Below, one piece after another: positions 48,722 through 58,539 of a stretch of 64,000 bases of DNA. The first letter of the stretch is position 1. Each line of letters opens with the position of its first letter. The stretch comes from an uncultured Candidatus Moduliflexus sp. (GTDB lineage: Bacteria; Moduliflexota; Moduliflexia; Moduliflexales; Moduliflexaceae). The notes under the pieces are model-generated. The model was given only the letters and a program-made list of their open reading frames with translations. It was not told the DNA's origin and did not search any database. The stretch covers positions 24,116 to 88,115 of the forward strand of contig CAZRSF010000017.1 in NCBI GenBank assembly GCA_964602655.1, in the 5' to 3' direction. A program made the position numbers and the translations under genes.

Positions 48722-50032
48722 ATGGCACATCCTGAAATTATGGATAAAGTGGTGTCGTTATGCAAACGGCGCGGATTTATTTTTCAAAGCAGCGAAATTT
48801 ATGGCGGGTTGAATAGTTGTTGGGACTACGGCCCGTTGGGTGTCGAATTAAAGCGCAATGTCAAAGAAGCATGGTGGCGGTCGGTGGTCTATGAACGTGA
48901 TAATGTCTATGGTCAAGATGCCAGCATCCTGATGCACCCGGAAGTCTGGCGGGCATCCGGCCATATCGAAGGCTTTTCGGATCCATTAGTGGATTGCAAA
49001 AAATGCAAGCGGCGTTTCCGTGCAGACCATTTGGAAGACACATCAAAATGCCCGGAATGCGGCGGCGAACTGACCGAATCACGACAATTCAATTTGATGT
49101 TCAAGACATTTATGGGGCCGATTGAAGATACCGCCTCTGTCGTCTATATGCGCCCGGAAACGGCGCAAGGCATTTTCGTCAATTTTCTGAATGTCGTCAA
49201 TACGATGCGGGCGAAGCTGCCGTTCGGCATCGCGCAGATCGGCAAAGCGTTCCGCAACGAAATCACGCCGGGCAATTTTACGTTCCGCACCCGCGAATTC
49301 GAGCAAATGGAAATCGAATTTTTCGTCAAACCGGGCACGGACGACGAATGGCTGGAATTTTGGAAAAATGCGCGTTTCGACTGGTATCTCCGCTACGGCA
49401 TGACGAAAGAACGGCTGCGGCTGCGCCAGCACGACAAAGACGAATTAGCGCATTACGCCAAAGATTGTTACGACGTGGAGTACGAATTCCCCTTCGGTTG
49501 GGCGGAATTGGAAGGCATTGCCAACCGTACCGATTTCGACTTGACGCAGCATCAGACCTTCAGCAAGAAGAATTTGACCTATTTCGAGGAAGAGAGCAAG
49601 TCGCGCTTTATTCCCTATGTCATCGAACCGTCTGCCGGGGCAGACCGCTCGACATTGGCGTTTCTGGTAGATTCGTACCATGAAGAACCGGAGCGTGTCG
49701 TGTTGCGCCTGCATCCGAAACTCGCGCCGGTGAAAGCGGCGATTTTCCCCTTGATGCGCAAAGACGGGCATCCTGAAAAAGCGCAGGAAATCGAACGGAT
49801 GCTGCGCCCGCATTTCAACGTCGAATATGATGAAACCGCCTCCATCGGCAAACGGTATCGCCGACAGGACGAAATCGGCACGCCGTACTGCGTGACGGTG
49901 GATAATGAAACGATGGACAATGCCACTGTGACCGTGCGCGAACGCGATTCGATGGAGCAGGTGCGAATTCCGATTTCCGGCCTCCTGCCGATGCTGTTAG
50001 AACGCCTGAATGCGGAAAAACAGATCGCGTAG
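48722..50032 (+). CDS. glyQS: Glycine--tRNA ligase (dimeric class II type)
   Basis: The GlyRS N-terminus (…RRGFIFQSSEIYGGLNSCWDYGPLG…), class II motifs and anticodon-binding domain are present. Confidence 0.95.
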   Translation: MAHPEIMDKVVSLCKRRGFIFQSSEIYGGLNSCWDYGPLGVELKRNVKEAWWRSVVYERDNVYGQDASILMHPEVWRASGHIEGFSDPLVDCKKCKRRFRADHLEDTSKCPECGGELTESRQFNLMFKTFMGPIEDTASVVYMRPETAQGIFVNFLNVVNTMRAKLPFGIAQIGKAFRNEITPGNFTFRTREFEQMEIEFFVKPGTDDEWLEFWKNARFDWYLRYGMTKERLRLRQHDKDELAHYAKDCYDVEYEFPFGWAELEGIANRTDFDLTQHQTFSKKNLTYFEEESKSRFIPYVIEPSAGADRSTLAFLVDSYHEEPERVVLRLHPKLAPVKAAIFPLMRKDGHPEKAQEIERMLRPHFNVEYDETASIGKRYRRQDEIGTPYCVTVDNETMDNATVTVRERDSMEQVRIPISGLLPMLLERLNAEKQIA

Positions 50033-50275
50033 AATGACAGATCGATATGCCCGATTGCAGGGGCCTTCGATTGAACGCCCCTGCGAAAAATCCTTTTAAA
50101 AAAAATTGACTGGTAACAAGAGAAAAAATGAGCAGATTGCGTATTTCTCATTGACAAAATAAAAAAAATTTTTTACCATTGAATAAACAATATGAAATGA
50201 CAATTGTCCAACTGACAAATTTTTTTACAGATGGGCAATTTTATCTATAGATGTAATATCCTAGAGGCGTAACGT

Positions 50276-51292
50276 ATGTTAAACATGTTCAGATGGTTTT
50301 CGAAAGACCTCGCCATTGATTTAGGGACGGCAAACACACTCGTGTACTTGCGAGGCAAAGGGATTGTGATGAATGAGCCGTCGGTTGTGGCTACTGATAC
50401 CCGTACCGGAAAGATTGTGGCTATCGGACACGAAGCCAAAGCGATGTTAGGGATGACGCCGGATCAGATTATGGCGGTTCGTCCGATGAAAGATGGTGTG
50501 ATTGCCGATTTCAGAATGACAGAAGCGCTCTTGCGCCACTTCATCAAAAAAGTGTGCAGTAACTTTTTGATTCGTCCGCGCGTTGTGGTGGCTGTGCCGT
50601 TCGGGATTACCGAAGTCGAGAAAAAAGCGGTGAAAGATTCGGTCATTCAGGCCGGAGCGAGCGACGTGACCTTGATTTTAGAACCGATGGCCGCCGCATT
50701 GGGCGCTGGGCTGCCGATTCAAGAGCCGTCGGGCAATATGATCGTTGACATCGGCGGCGGCACGACTGAAGTGGCCGTCATTTCACTTTCAGGAATCGTG
50801 TACAGCCGCTCGATTCGGATTGCAGGCGATGAAATGGATGAAGCGATCATTCAGTACATCAAACGGAAGTATAATTTGCTCATTGGCCTCAAGACCGCAG
50901 AAATTATCAAAAAGACGTTAGGATCGGCGTATCCGCTGGATTCTGAAAAAGTGGTCGAGGTGCGCGGACGCGATCTGGCTGGCGGCGTGCCGAATGTGAT
51001 GAAGATTTCCAGTGAAGAAATTCGCGACGCGCTGGCCGAAACGGTGTTTGCGATCATCGAAGCGATTCGCGTGACGTTGGAACGCACGCCGCCGGAATTG
51101 TCCGCTGACATCATTGATCGCGGCATCATTCTAACGGGCGGGAGTTCCTTGCTGAAAAATTTAGATTTTAAGATTAAAGAAGAAACCGGCCTGCCGGTTG
51201 CGCTTGCAGACGATCCACTGACGACAGTTGCCATCGGAACCGGCAAAGCGATGATGGATCCGGAATTGCTGAAAAAACTCGCGATCTCATAA
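50276..51292 (+). CDS. mreB: Rod-shape-determining actin homologue MreB
   Basis: The actin-fold motifs are present ([10 protein letters not shown]…, …[15 protein letters not shown]…). Confidence 0.9.
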   Translation: MLNMFRWFSKDLAIDLGTANTLVYLRGKGIVMNEPSVVATDTRTGKIVAIGHEAKAMLGMTPDQIMAVRPMKDGVIADFRMTEALLRHFIKKVCSNFLIRPRVVVAVPFGITEVEKKAVKDSVIQAGASDVTLILEPMAAALGAGLPIQEPSGNMIVDIGGGTTEVAVISLSGIVYSRSIRIAGDEMDEAIIQYIKRKYNLLIGLKTAEIIKKTLGSAYPLDSEKVVEVRGRDLAGGVPNVMKISSEEIRDALAETVFAIIEAIRVTLERTPPELSADIIDRGIILTGGSSLLKNLDFKIKEETGLPVALADDPLTTVAIGTGKAMMDPELLKKLAIS

Positions 51293-51336
51293 ACAGAATC
51301 GTCGGGGCGTTCAATTGAACGCCCCGACGATTCTGT

Positions 51337-52488
51337 TTATTCCGACGAAGAATTCGGCGCGGCGACGCCGATTTTATTGAAGATTTTTTGTTTGACTTGC
51401 AAATCGAACATTTTCCATTTTAAATCCTCGTAGTCATTGCCATAAGTTCCGGCCAAAAAACCGACCGGAATGGCAAATCCACCGGCTTCCTGTTTCCCTC
51501 CGCCGAAATATTCGCCATTCTCGCTCTTGCCGAAGGCTTCTTTGATGAACGCATCCGCGTCAATCGTCAGTTTTGACGTGCGGAACGACCCGCTGAGCAG
51601 TTCTTCTTGATTATCGTTGACGACGATGCCATAGACAATGACGGTATGCACATTTTCTTCCGTCAGCAGAAAATCCGCCGCCTGCGCAATCGCGTCGCGC
51701 TCTTCCTGACGAAGATAGCCGATGCCGGAAATACTGTAATTGTCTTTGATCACGCGATTCGCCAAGGCTTTTTCAATGACGTCCATCACTTTTTTCGACC
51801 GCGCCTGCATCACGATTTCGCTCAGCAGATTCGGATTATAGTAATTGCTCAAATAGGCCGCCGCCAGCAGATCGTGCTCGTTCGCCCGGATAAAATCGTT
51901 CGTATCGCTGCGAATGCCATGTATTAAGGCGGTTGCGCATTTGACATGGAACGAGTCGGTCTTATCCAATTCGATCAGTCCTTGCTGCAAGTAGCTGGTG
52001 TAAATCGTCGCCGTCGCGCCGATTTTGCGAATATCATGAAATTCCGGCGACAGGCCGCCAGAACGTTCGTGGTGATCAACAACAATAATCGGCTTGATAT
52101 TGTGCGCTTCAAGTTTTTTGGTCAGCGCGGTGGTTTTCCCCTGGTTATCCACAAACACGCTGCCCTGGTAGCGCGAAAAATCTATGACGTTGTTTTCGGA
52201 ATGACGAATCAACTCGACATTCAATAATTTGACTAACGCAATATTCTGCTGATGGCTGATGCGTCCGGCATAGACGATGTCCACCTCGATGCCGTAATTC
52301 AAACAAATCAGTTTATGCGTCAGCGCGGAGGCAATCGCATCGGGGTCTGGAAAATCCTGAATCGCCACAATATGCGTTTCTCCGCGATGCGCCTCCAAGA
52401 CATCGCGCAGTTTTTCGACTTTCTGGCTGCCGTGAAGCGCCGCAGTCGTCTGTTTGACGTTTTCTTTCACGTCTTCTGTCTCTGACAT
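51337..52488 (-). CDS. DHH/DHHA1-family phosphoesterase (NrnA-like)
   Basis: DHH motifs are present (…VVDHHER…) with a DHHA1 C-terminal domain. The ATG at 52488 is preceded by AGGGG. Confidence 0.75.
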   Translation of the reverse strand: MSETEDVKENVKQTTAALHGSQKVEKLRDVLEAHRGETHIVAIQDFPDPDAIASALTHKLICLNYGIEVDIVYAGRISHQQNIALVKLLNVELIRHSENNVIDFSRYQGSVFVDNQGKTTALTKKLEAHNIKPIIVVDHHERSGGLSPEFHDIRKIGATATIYTSYLQQGLIELDKTDSFHVKCATALIHGIRSDTNDFIRANEHDLLAAAYLSNYYNPNLLSEIVMQARSKKVMDVIEKALANRVIKDNYSISGIGYLRQEERDAIAQAADFLLTEENVHTVIVYGIVVNDNQEELLSGSFRTSKLTIDADAFIKEAFGKSENGEYFGGGKQEAGGFAIPVGFLAGTYGNDYEDLKWKMFDLQVKQKIFNKIGVAAPNSSSE

Positions 52489-52625
52489 ATATTTTCCCCT
52501 GTTTTGACCCGAATACATACATCAAACCGCCTGACATCCGTTCAGAATGCTCTCCGGTTCATGTACAAAAAGCGCCACCCCGATTTCTCAGGGCAGCGCT
52601 CGCGTAATCATTTTCCTCCAAAACG

Positions 52626-55280
52626 TTACGCTGACCAGGACTCCACGACCTGAAACACTTTGTCAAGCGCTTCAGAAAGTTTTTCAGGGGATTTCCCCCC
52701 TGCCTGCGCCATATCCGGGCGTCCTCCTCCGCTGCCTCCGATCAAACCGGCAATCTCTTTGACAATATTGCCTGCATGATATGTCCCGACAAGGTCTTTC
52801 GTGACAACGGAAATCAGCGACACGCGCTCGCCGTCTTCCACTGTCGCCAACACCACGATCCCGGAATGAATCTTGCTTTTCAATACATCCGCGAAATTTC
52901 GCAGCCCTTTCGCGTCAAGATGCTCAACGCGAGCGGCGATGACTTTGATCCCGCGAATCTCTCGCGCCTGTTCGATCAGCGTATCGGTTTGCAGCGTCGC
53001 CAATTTCATTTTCAACCGTTCGACTTCCCGTTCCTGTTCTCTCGATGCGGCCAGCAATTTCTCGATCCGCGCGCTCACTTCTTCCGGCGATGATTTCAGC
53101 AGCGCCGTCGCCCGGCGAAGCTGCTGCTCTTCCTGCTGAATATACGCCAATGCCGTTTCGCCGGTGACGGCTTCGATGCGGCGCACGCCAGCCGCCACGC
53201 TGCTTTCGCCCAGCAGCTTGAACATGCCGATTTCGCCGGTCGCGACCGCATGTGTGCCGCCGCAGAGTTCCATGCTCAAGCCGGGAATCTGCACCACGCG
53301 CACTTTGTCGCCGTATTTATCCTCGAAAAACGCCAACGCGCCCATATCCAACGCTTCATCCAGCCCGACTTCCTTTGTTTCCACCGGTGTATTGGTGCGA
53401 ATACCGTCGTTGACGATGGTTTCGATACGCTGCATCTCGTCCTCGGCAATCGCGGAAAAATGCGCGAAGTCGAAACGGAAACGCTCCGGTGTGACGAATG
53501 AACCGGCCTGTTTTACATGATCGCCTAACACGTCGCGCAGCGCGGCGTGGAGCAAGTGCGTGGTCGTATGATTGCGCCGCGTCCGTTTGCGCCGCGCCTC
53601 ATCTACGCGGATCGTCAGCTTCTGCCCCGCGCGGAGTTCGCCGCGTTCGACGAGCAGATGATGCACGAACAACTGCGGCACGGGTTTCGTCGTATTGGTA
53701 ATCACCGCCGCCGCGCTGCCGTCCGCCGCCGCGATGACGCCCGTATCGCCGATTTGCCCGCCTGATTCGCCGTAGCATGGCGTCGTGTCGAAAATCACTT
53801 CCACGCGATCTCCGGCGACAGCGGAGTTGACAACCTGCTGATCTTTGAGAATGGCGAGAATCGCGGCGTCATGTTCTTCCAAGCGCTGATAACCGGTAAA
53901 ACGAGTGGCAGGAATCGAATTCGAGAGGGTTTTGTAAATTTCGGAGATCGCCACCTCGCCCGAACCTTTCCAGGATTCGCGGGCGCGACTGCGCTGGGCG
54001 TTCATTTCCCGGTCGAACGCCTCCATGTCAATCGTCAAATTGTGGTCTTTGGCGACATCTTGCGCCAAATCGAGCGGAAAACCGAACGTGTCATATAATT
54101 TGAAAATTTCTTTGCCATCCAATGCCGAATTCTGCTGCCGTTCGGTCGCCTCGACCAGCTTGTTCAGCAAATCCAACCCCTGATTCAGCGTATGCCCGAA
54201 GCGGCGCTCTTCGTTCAGCGTCACTTGTACGACATGCTGATAATGGTCGGCGATTTCGCGGTATTCGTCTTTCATGGCGTCAACCACGACCTGAATCCCT
54301 TTATGCAGGAACGGTTCGGTAATGCCGAGCATTTTGCCGTGTCGAGCGGCGCGGCGCATGATGCGGCGCAACACGTAGCCGCGCCCGTCATTGGCGGGCA
54401 GCACGCCGTCGCTGATCAAAAACGTCGTGGAACGCAAATGATCGGCAATGACGCGCATGGACGCGCTATCCTGCGGGTTATCGCCGTATGTCTTGCCAGA
54501 AATTTCTTCCGTGAATCGCAGCATCGGCGCAAACAGGTCGCTTTCGAAATTGCTGTGTTTGCCCTGCATAACGGCAGCCACGCGCTCCAACCCCATGCCG
54601 GTGTCAATGCTCGGTTTCGGCAGCGGCGTCAACGTGCCGGAGGCATCGCGGTCGAATTGCATGAACACGAGGTTCCAAAGTTCGAGATACCGGTCGCAAT
54701 CGCATTTGCCGATGCCGCAATTGTCTCCGCAGCGCATCTCCTCGCCTTGATCGATCAAAATTTCGGAACAGGGGCCGCACGGCCCGGTGTCGCCCATTGA
54801 CCAGAAGTTATCTTTTTTCCCCATGCGAATAATCCGTTCGACTGGTACGCCGATCATGTTTTTCCAGAGGTCGAAGGCTTCGTCGTCGTCCTGATAGACC
54901 GTCGCCCAGAGGCGATCTTTCGGCAGCCCCAGTCTGCCGGTCAGAAATTCCCAGGCGTACTGAATCGCGTCTTTTTTAAAATAATCGCCGAAGGAAAAAT
55001 TGCCCATCATTTCGAAAAACGTATGATGGCGGGCGGTATGCCCGACATTTTCCAGATCGTTATGTTTTCCGCCAGCCCGAACGCAGCGTTGCGCGGTTGT
55101 GGCGCGGGAATAGCCGCGTACATCGTTGCCGAGAAACACATCTTTGAATTGCACCATCCCGGCATTGGTAAATAATAATGTCGGATCATTCTGTGGAACT
55201 AAGGAAGAACTGGGAACGATGGCATGTCCTTTTTCTTCGAAAAACTGTAAAAATTGCTTCCGCAACTCGCGTCCTGTCAT
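52626..55280 (-). CDS. alaS: Alanine--tRNA ligase
   Basis: The protein is 884 aa with the AlaRS catalytic core, the editing-domain HxxxH/CxxxH motifs and a C-terminal DHHA1-like domain. Confidence 0.95.
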   Translation of the reverse strand: MTGRELRKQFLQFFEEKGHAIVPSSSLVPQNDPTLLFTNAGMVQFKDVFLGNDVRGYSRATTAQRCVRAGGKHNDLENVGHTARHHTFFEMMGNFSFGDYFKKDAIQYAWEFLTGRLGLPKDRLWATVYQDDDEAFDLWKNMIGVPVERIIRMGKKDNFWSMGDTGPCGPCSEILIDQGEEMRCGDNCGIGKCDCDRYLELWNLVFMQFDRDASGTLTPLPKPSIDTGMGLERVAAVMQGKHSNFESDLFAPMLRFTEEISGKTYGDNPQDSASMRVIADHLRSTTFLISDGVLPANDGRGYVLRRIMRRAARHGKMLGITEPFLHKGIQVVVDAMKDEYREIADHYQHVVQVTLNEERRFGHTLNQGLDLLNKLVEATERQQNSALDGKEIFKLYDTFGFPLDLAQDVAKDHNLTIDMEAFDREMNAQRSRARESWKGSGEVAISEIYKTLSNSIPATRFTGYQRLEEHDAAILAILKDQQVVNSAVAGDRVEVIFDTTPCYGESGGQIGDTGVIAAADGSAAAVITNTTKPVPQLFVHHLLVERGELRAGQKLTIRVDEARRKRTRRNHTTTHLLHAALRDVLGDHVKQAGSFVTPERFRFDFAHFSAIAEDEMQRIETIVNDGIRTNTPVETKEVGLDEALDMGALAFFEDKYGDKVRVVQIPGLSMELCGGTHAVATGEIGMFKLLGESSVAAGVRRIEAVTGETALAYIQQEEQQLRRATALLKSSPEEVSARIEKLLAASREQEREVERLKMKLATLQTDTLIEQAREIRGIKVIAARVEHLDAKGLRNFADVLKSKIHSGIVVLATVEDGERVSLISVVTKDLVGTYHAGNIVKEIAGLIGGSGGGRPDMAQAGGKSPEKLSEALDKVFQVVESWSA

Positions 55281-55389
55281 AATAATATGACGACGTTATG
55301 CAATAGTATAAACGACCCCTGGCAGGGTGCGAAACCCTGCCAGGGGTGGGGTCTATATTCGTGAATAACGCCGTCGGCATCTCACAAGG

Positions 55390-56604
55390 TTAAAATTTGG
55401 TAAACATGGTACTGTCTGACGATGAATCCGAGGGTTTATTTTCCGACGGAGCTTTGAACACGTTCGCATCCGCCTTTTTATCAGCCGCCATTGACTGTAC
55501 GCTCTCTTCGGTGGACTGAATCCCCTTGACTTTCAACGAGAAATCCGCCGGACGCGTACAATTCAACACCGCTTCGTCGTACGTAATCAAATCTTGCCGG
55601 AACAAATCCAATAACGCCTGATCGAACGATTGCATCCCGTATTGCGACCGCCCCGCTTCGATATATTCCGGGATACGGATGGTTTTTTCCGGTTCGATGA
55701 TGGCCTGCTTGATAATATCGGTCGCGATCATGACTTCGACGGCGGGAACGCGACCCTTGCCGTCTTTTTTCGGGATCAAACGCATAGACAGCGAGGCTTT
55801 TAAGACTTCCGCCAGTTCCAGACGAATCTGGTTTTGCTGATAGGCCGGAAACATGGAAATAATGCGGTTCACTGTCCCCATCGCGTCCGCCGTATGCAGC
55901 GTGCTCATCACGAGATGTCCGGTTTCGGCGGCAGTGATCGCGGTTTCAATCGTCTCGCGGTCACGCATTTCTCCGACAAGGATAACGTCCGGGTCTTGTC
56001 GCAGCGCGCTGCGTAACGCTGTCGCAAACCCTTTGGTATCCGCGCCGACTTCGCGCTGATTGATTAAGGCGCGTTGATCGCGGTGCATATACTCAATCGG
56101 GTCTTCAATCGTGATGACATGCACATCGAGATTCTGATTGATATGTTGAATCATCGCGGCCAACGAGGTTGTTTTACCGCTGCCGGTGATGCCCGTCACC
56201 AGAATCAATCCGCGCGGCTCTAAGGAGAGTTGATTGAGAATCGTGGGCAAACGGAGTTCTTCGACCGTTTTGATCGTGGTCGGAATGGCGCGAAACACGA
56301 TCCCGACGCTGCCGCGCTGCAAGAACGCGTTGCAGCGAAATCGCCCTAAGCCGGGAACGCTGTGCGCAAAATCAATTTCGAAATTATCGTTAAAAATCGT
56401 TTTTTGCTTTTTGTTTAAAATCTGAGACGCAACAGCGACCGTATCCTCGCGTTGAAGCCGAGGCATTTCTTTCAAAATGTGCAAATCGCCATTGATTCGT
56501 AATACCGGAGGATTTCCGACTTTCAGATGCAAGTCCGACGCCCCACGTTCTACCATAACTTTCAAAAGGTCTTGAATATTCATACGCTCACGAGCGAATG
56601 TCAA
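55390..56604 (-). CDS. pilT: Type IV pilus retraction ATPase PilT/PilU family, with a ~45-aa low-complexity C-terminal extension
   Basis: Walker A GITGSGKTT is present with Asp/His boxes typical of PilT. No other pilus genes are adjacent. Confidence 0.85.
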   Translation of the reverse strand: MTFARERMNIQDLLKVMVERGASDLHLKVGNPPVLRINGDLHILKEMPRLQREDTVAVASQILNKKQKTIFNDNFEIDFAHSVPGLGRFRCNAFLQRGSVGIVFRAIPTTIKTVEELRLPTILNQLSLEPRGLILVTGITGSGKTTSLAAMIQHINQNLDVHVITIEDPIEYMHRDQRALINQREVGADTKGFATALRSALRQDPDVILVGEMRDRETIETAITAAETGHLVMSTLHTADAMGTVNRIISMFPAYQQNQIRLELAEVLKASLSMRLIPKKDGKGRVPAVEVMIATDIIKQAIIEPEKTIRIPEYIEAGRSQYGMQSFDQALLDLFRQDLITYDEAVLNCTRPADFSLKVKGIQSTEESVQSMAADKKADANVFKAPSENKPSDSSSDSTMFTKF

Positions 56605-56801
56605 AAGTCATCACGACTTCCATCATCGCCCCTATTCCCTTGCGATATATCTCGACAATGTTGACAGGACGTTATCACCGCCGCCGCCATAACAGATTCG
56701 TTCCTATCATGTCGAAGAATTTCTTTGCTGTCAACTGAAAAGACAGTTTTCTGAAGAAAATCAGATTTTTCTGCCGCTATCGCATTCCTCAATCAGATGT
56801 G

Positions 56802-57515
56802 TCAATGTCGGCTCTCGAAAAATGGAAGAAATAATTGTCGAATGCCCCGCAAAATCGTATCAATCCGATACGGAAAATTCATCGCATATACATCAAGCAA
56901 AATCACGGCATTCGCAGGCAAATCCGAATGGCTGGCAGACCTGAGGCGATCCGATACTGCCCGGTTCACCACATGAATATTCTTATAAATCGCCTCAAGC
57001 CCGCTTAAATCGCACGCAACATTTTTTCCCTCCTTTTTCAAAAAATATTGAGAGAGCAAATACATCGAGGCTGCCCGCCAGATCGTCTCTTCCACGTTCG
57101 CAAGCGGAAGATGGAAACGCGCCATCGGCCTGAAAAAATTGGTATGCGGACATCCGCTGTTGGCGATAATCAATCCTAATAACGAACTCACCCCTTGCTG
57201 CGCGCTGGTGGCCTGGGAAATGACGCGCTCTTTCGTAATAACGTCCATGTAGATGCGCTCATACGACAGGAGTCGGTCGAACCGGTTGACGACATGTGAA
57301 ATTTTCGCCGCATACGGACAATAGGCGTGTTCCGCTTCCGTTAACGGGCAGTTCGGACATTGATAAAACGACAGCCGCGTCCACTCCGGCAACGGCGAGG
57401 GAGACGGCATTTCTACCAGTTCCAGATTCTCGGCGAGTAATTCGAAATGAAAAATTTCCCGCGAACCGTCAGGGAGAGAAAAACGATATTCGATTGATAC
57501 CGTATCCATAGACAA
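56802..57515 (-). CDS. Hypothetical protein with a CxxC…C…C cluster (CPNCPLTEAEHAYCPY)
   Basis: The ORF is 237 aa. Apart from the Cys cluster I recognised no domain. Confidence 0.45.
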   Translation of the reverse strand: MSMDTVSIEYRFSLPDGSREIFHFELLAENLELVEMPSPSPLPEWTRLSFYQCPNCPLTEAEHAYCPYAAKISHVVNRFDRLLSYERIYMDVITKERVISQATSAQQGVSSLLGLIIANSGCPHTNFFRPMARFHLPLANVEETIWRAASMYLLSQYFLKKEGKNVACDLSGLEAIYKNIHVVNRAVSDRLRSASHSDLPANAVILLDVYAMNFPYRIDTILRGIRQLFLPFFESRH

Positions 57516-57520
57516 ACCGC

Positions 57521-58123
57521 TTAATAAGGAGAACGGGCGGAGTCCGGAGGACAGACAGACTCGCGCTGCTTCATGAAAATCGGCGGTGTGGTTGGGTCAA
57601 GGACAAAGACATCCGACCAGAAAATTGTTGGAATACTCGGTGTGGCATAGCGAATCACCGGCCCATCGTCATACAGCCCGACCGCGTCGGCAGCGATTGC
57701 GCCGCGTTGCAGCAAAACGTTCTCAAGACGAGCGTCTGAATCCAGCGTGAGCGTGAGACGTACCGGCGTATCTGCTTGAAACGCGATATGCGACGGCAGC
57801 GACGCGTCTGTTTCGTCCGCGATGCCCGAAAAGAAACCAGTGTCGCTGCTCTGCGTTTCTGTGTAGGTCAACAGATAGTCTCCCGCTTCAGGAATGTTGA
57901 CGCATAATAATTCGGCGCGCGCCTGCCACTCGAATTCCTGAGACGCGGCGTCCCCTGCCGCGAAACCGGACAGCGGATACGCGCCCCCCGATAAGGGCGA
58001 GATCGGCGCTTGTTCGTCATAATCCAGCGTGTTGCATCCCGGATTGACGGCAAGCAGCATCGCAAGCGCGATCCATTGGAATCGTTTTTGCCAAACACAG
58101 GTAGTTCTGTTGATATCGGTCAT
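57521..58123 (-). CDS. Lipoprotein, hypothetical
   Basis: The protein has a signal peptide with the lipobox NPGC. Confidence 0.5.
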   Translation of the reverse strand: MTDINRTTCVWQKRFQWIALAMLLAVNPGCNTLDYDEQAPISPLSGGAYPLSGFAAGDAASQEFEWQARAELLCVNIPEAGDYLLTYTETQSSDTGFFSGIADETDASLPSHIAFQADTPVRLTLTLDSDARLENVLLQRGAIAADAVGLYDDGPVIRYATPSIPTIFWSDVFVLDPTTPPIFMKQRESVCPPDSARSPY

Positions 58124-58200
58124 AAAGAAAGATTCTCCTCACAACAGAGCGTCTTTTGTCAATTGAAAAATGAGGGATTTCTTTCTCATAACCGTGTCAT

Positions 58201-58380
58201 ATAGGAGAAATGATGGAAGAGCGTTTACCGAATATTCATCCTGACGAAGTATTAGAAGAAGAGTTTTTACAACCGTTGCATATGTCAGCGTCGCGGTTAG
58301 CGCAGGCGATCCGGCTGCCGCAACGCCGATTCGAAAAGCAGCTTACGCGAATTGACCATTTTCAGAGGATGCCCGGCTGA
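58201..58380 (+). pseudogene. HigA-like (XRE-HTH) antitoxin gene remnant, truncated or frameshifted after ~50 aa
   Basis: The translation MEERLPNIHPDEVLEEEFLQPLHMSASRLAQAIRLPQRRFEKQL… matches the HigA N-terminal pattern (IHPGEILxEEFLxPLGLS…LA.ALGV) but ends at 59 aa without the C-terminal helices. No toxin gene is adjacent. Confidence 0.5.
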
Positions 58381-58539
58381 TTTATTTCTCCGCGTCAAGT
58401 CCCCACACGCGCCCATTATACGACACGCGGGCGACCGGCCTGCCGTTTTCGGTCAACTCCCCGCCCGACCAATTCCCGCCGCCGAGGTCGTACTGTTCGA
58501 TATAAGCGCGGCAGGCGGCGCTGATTTCTTTGAATTCGA

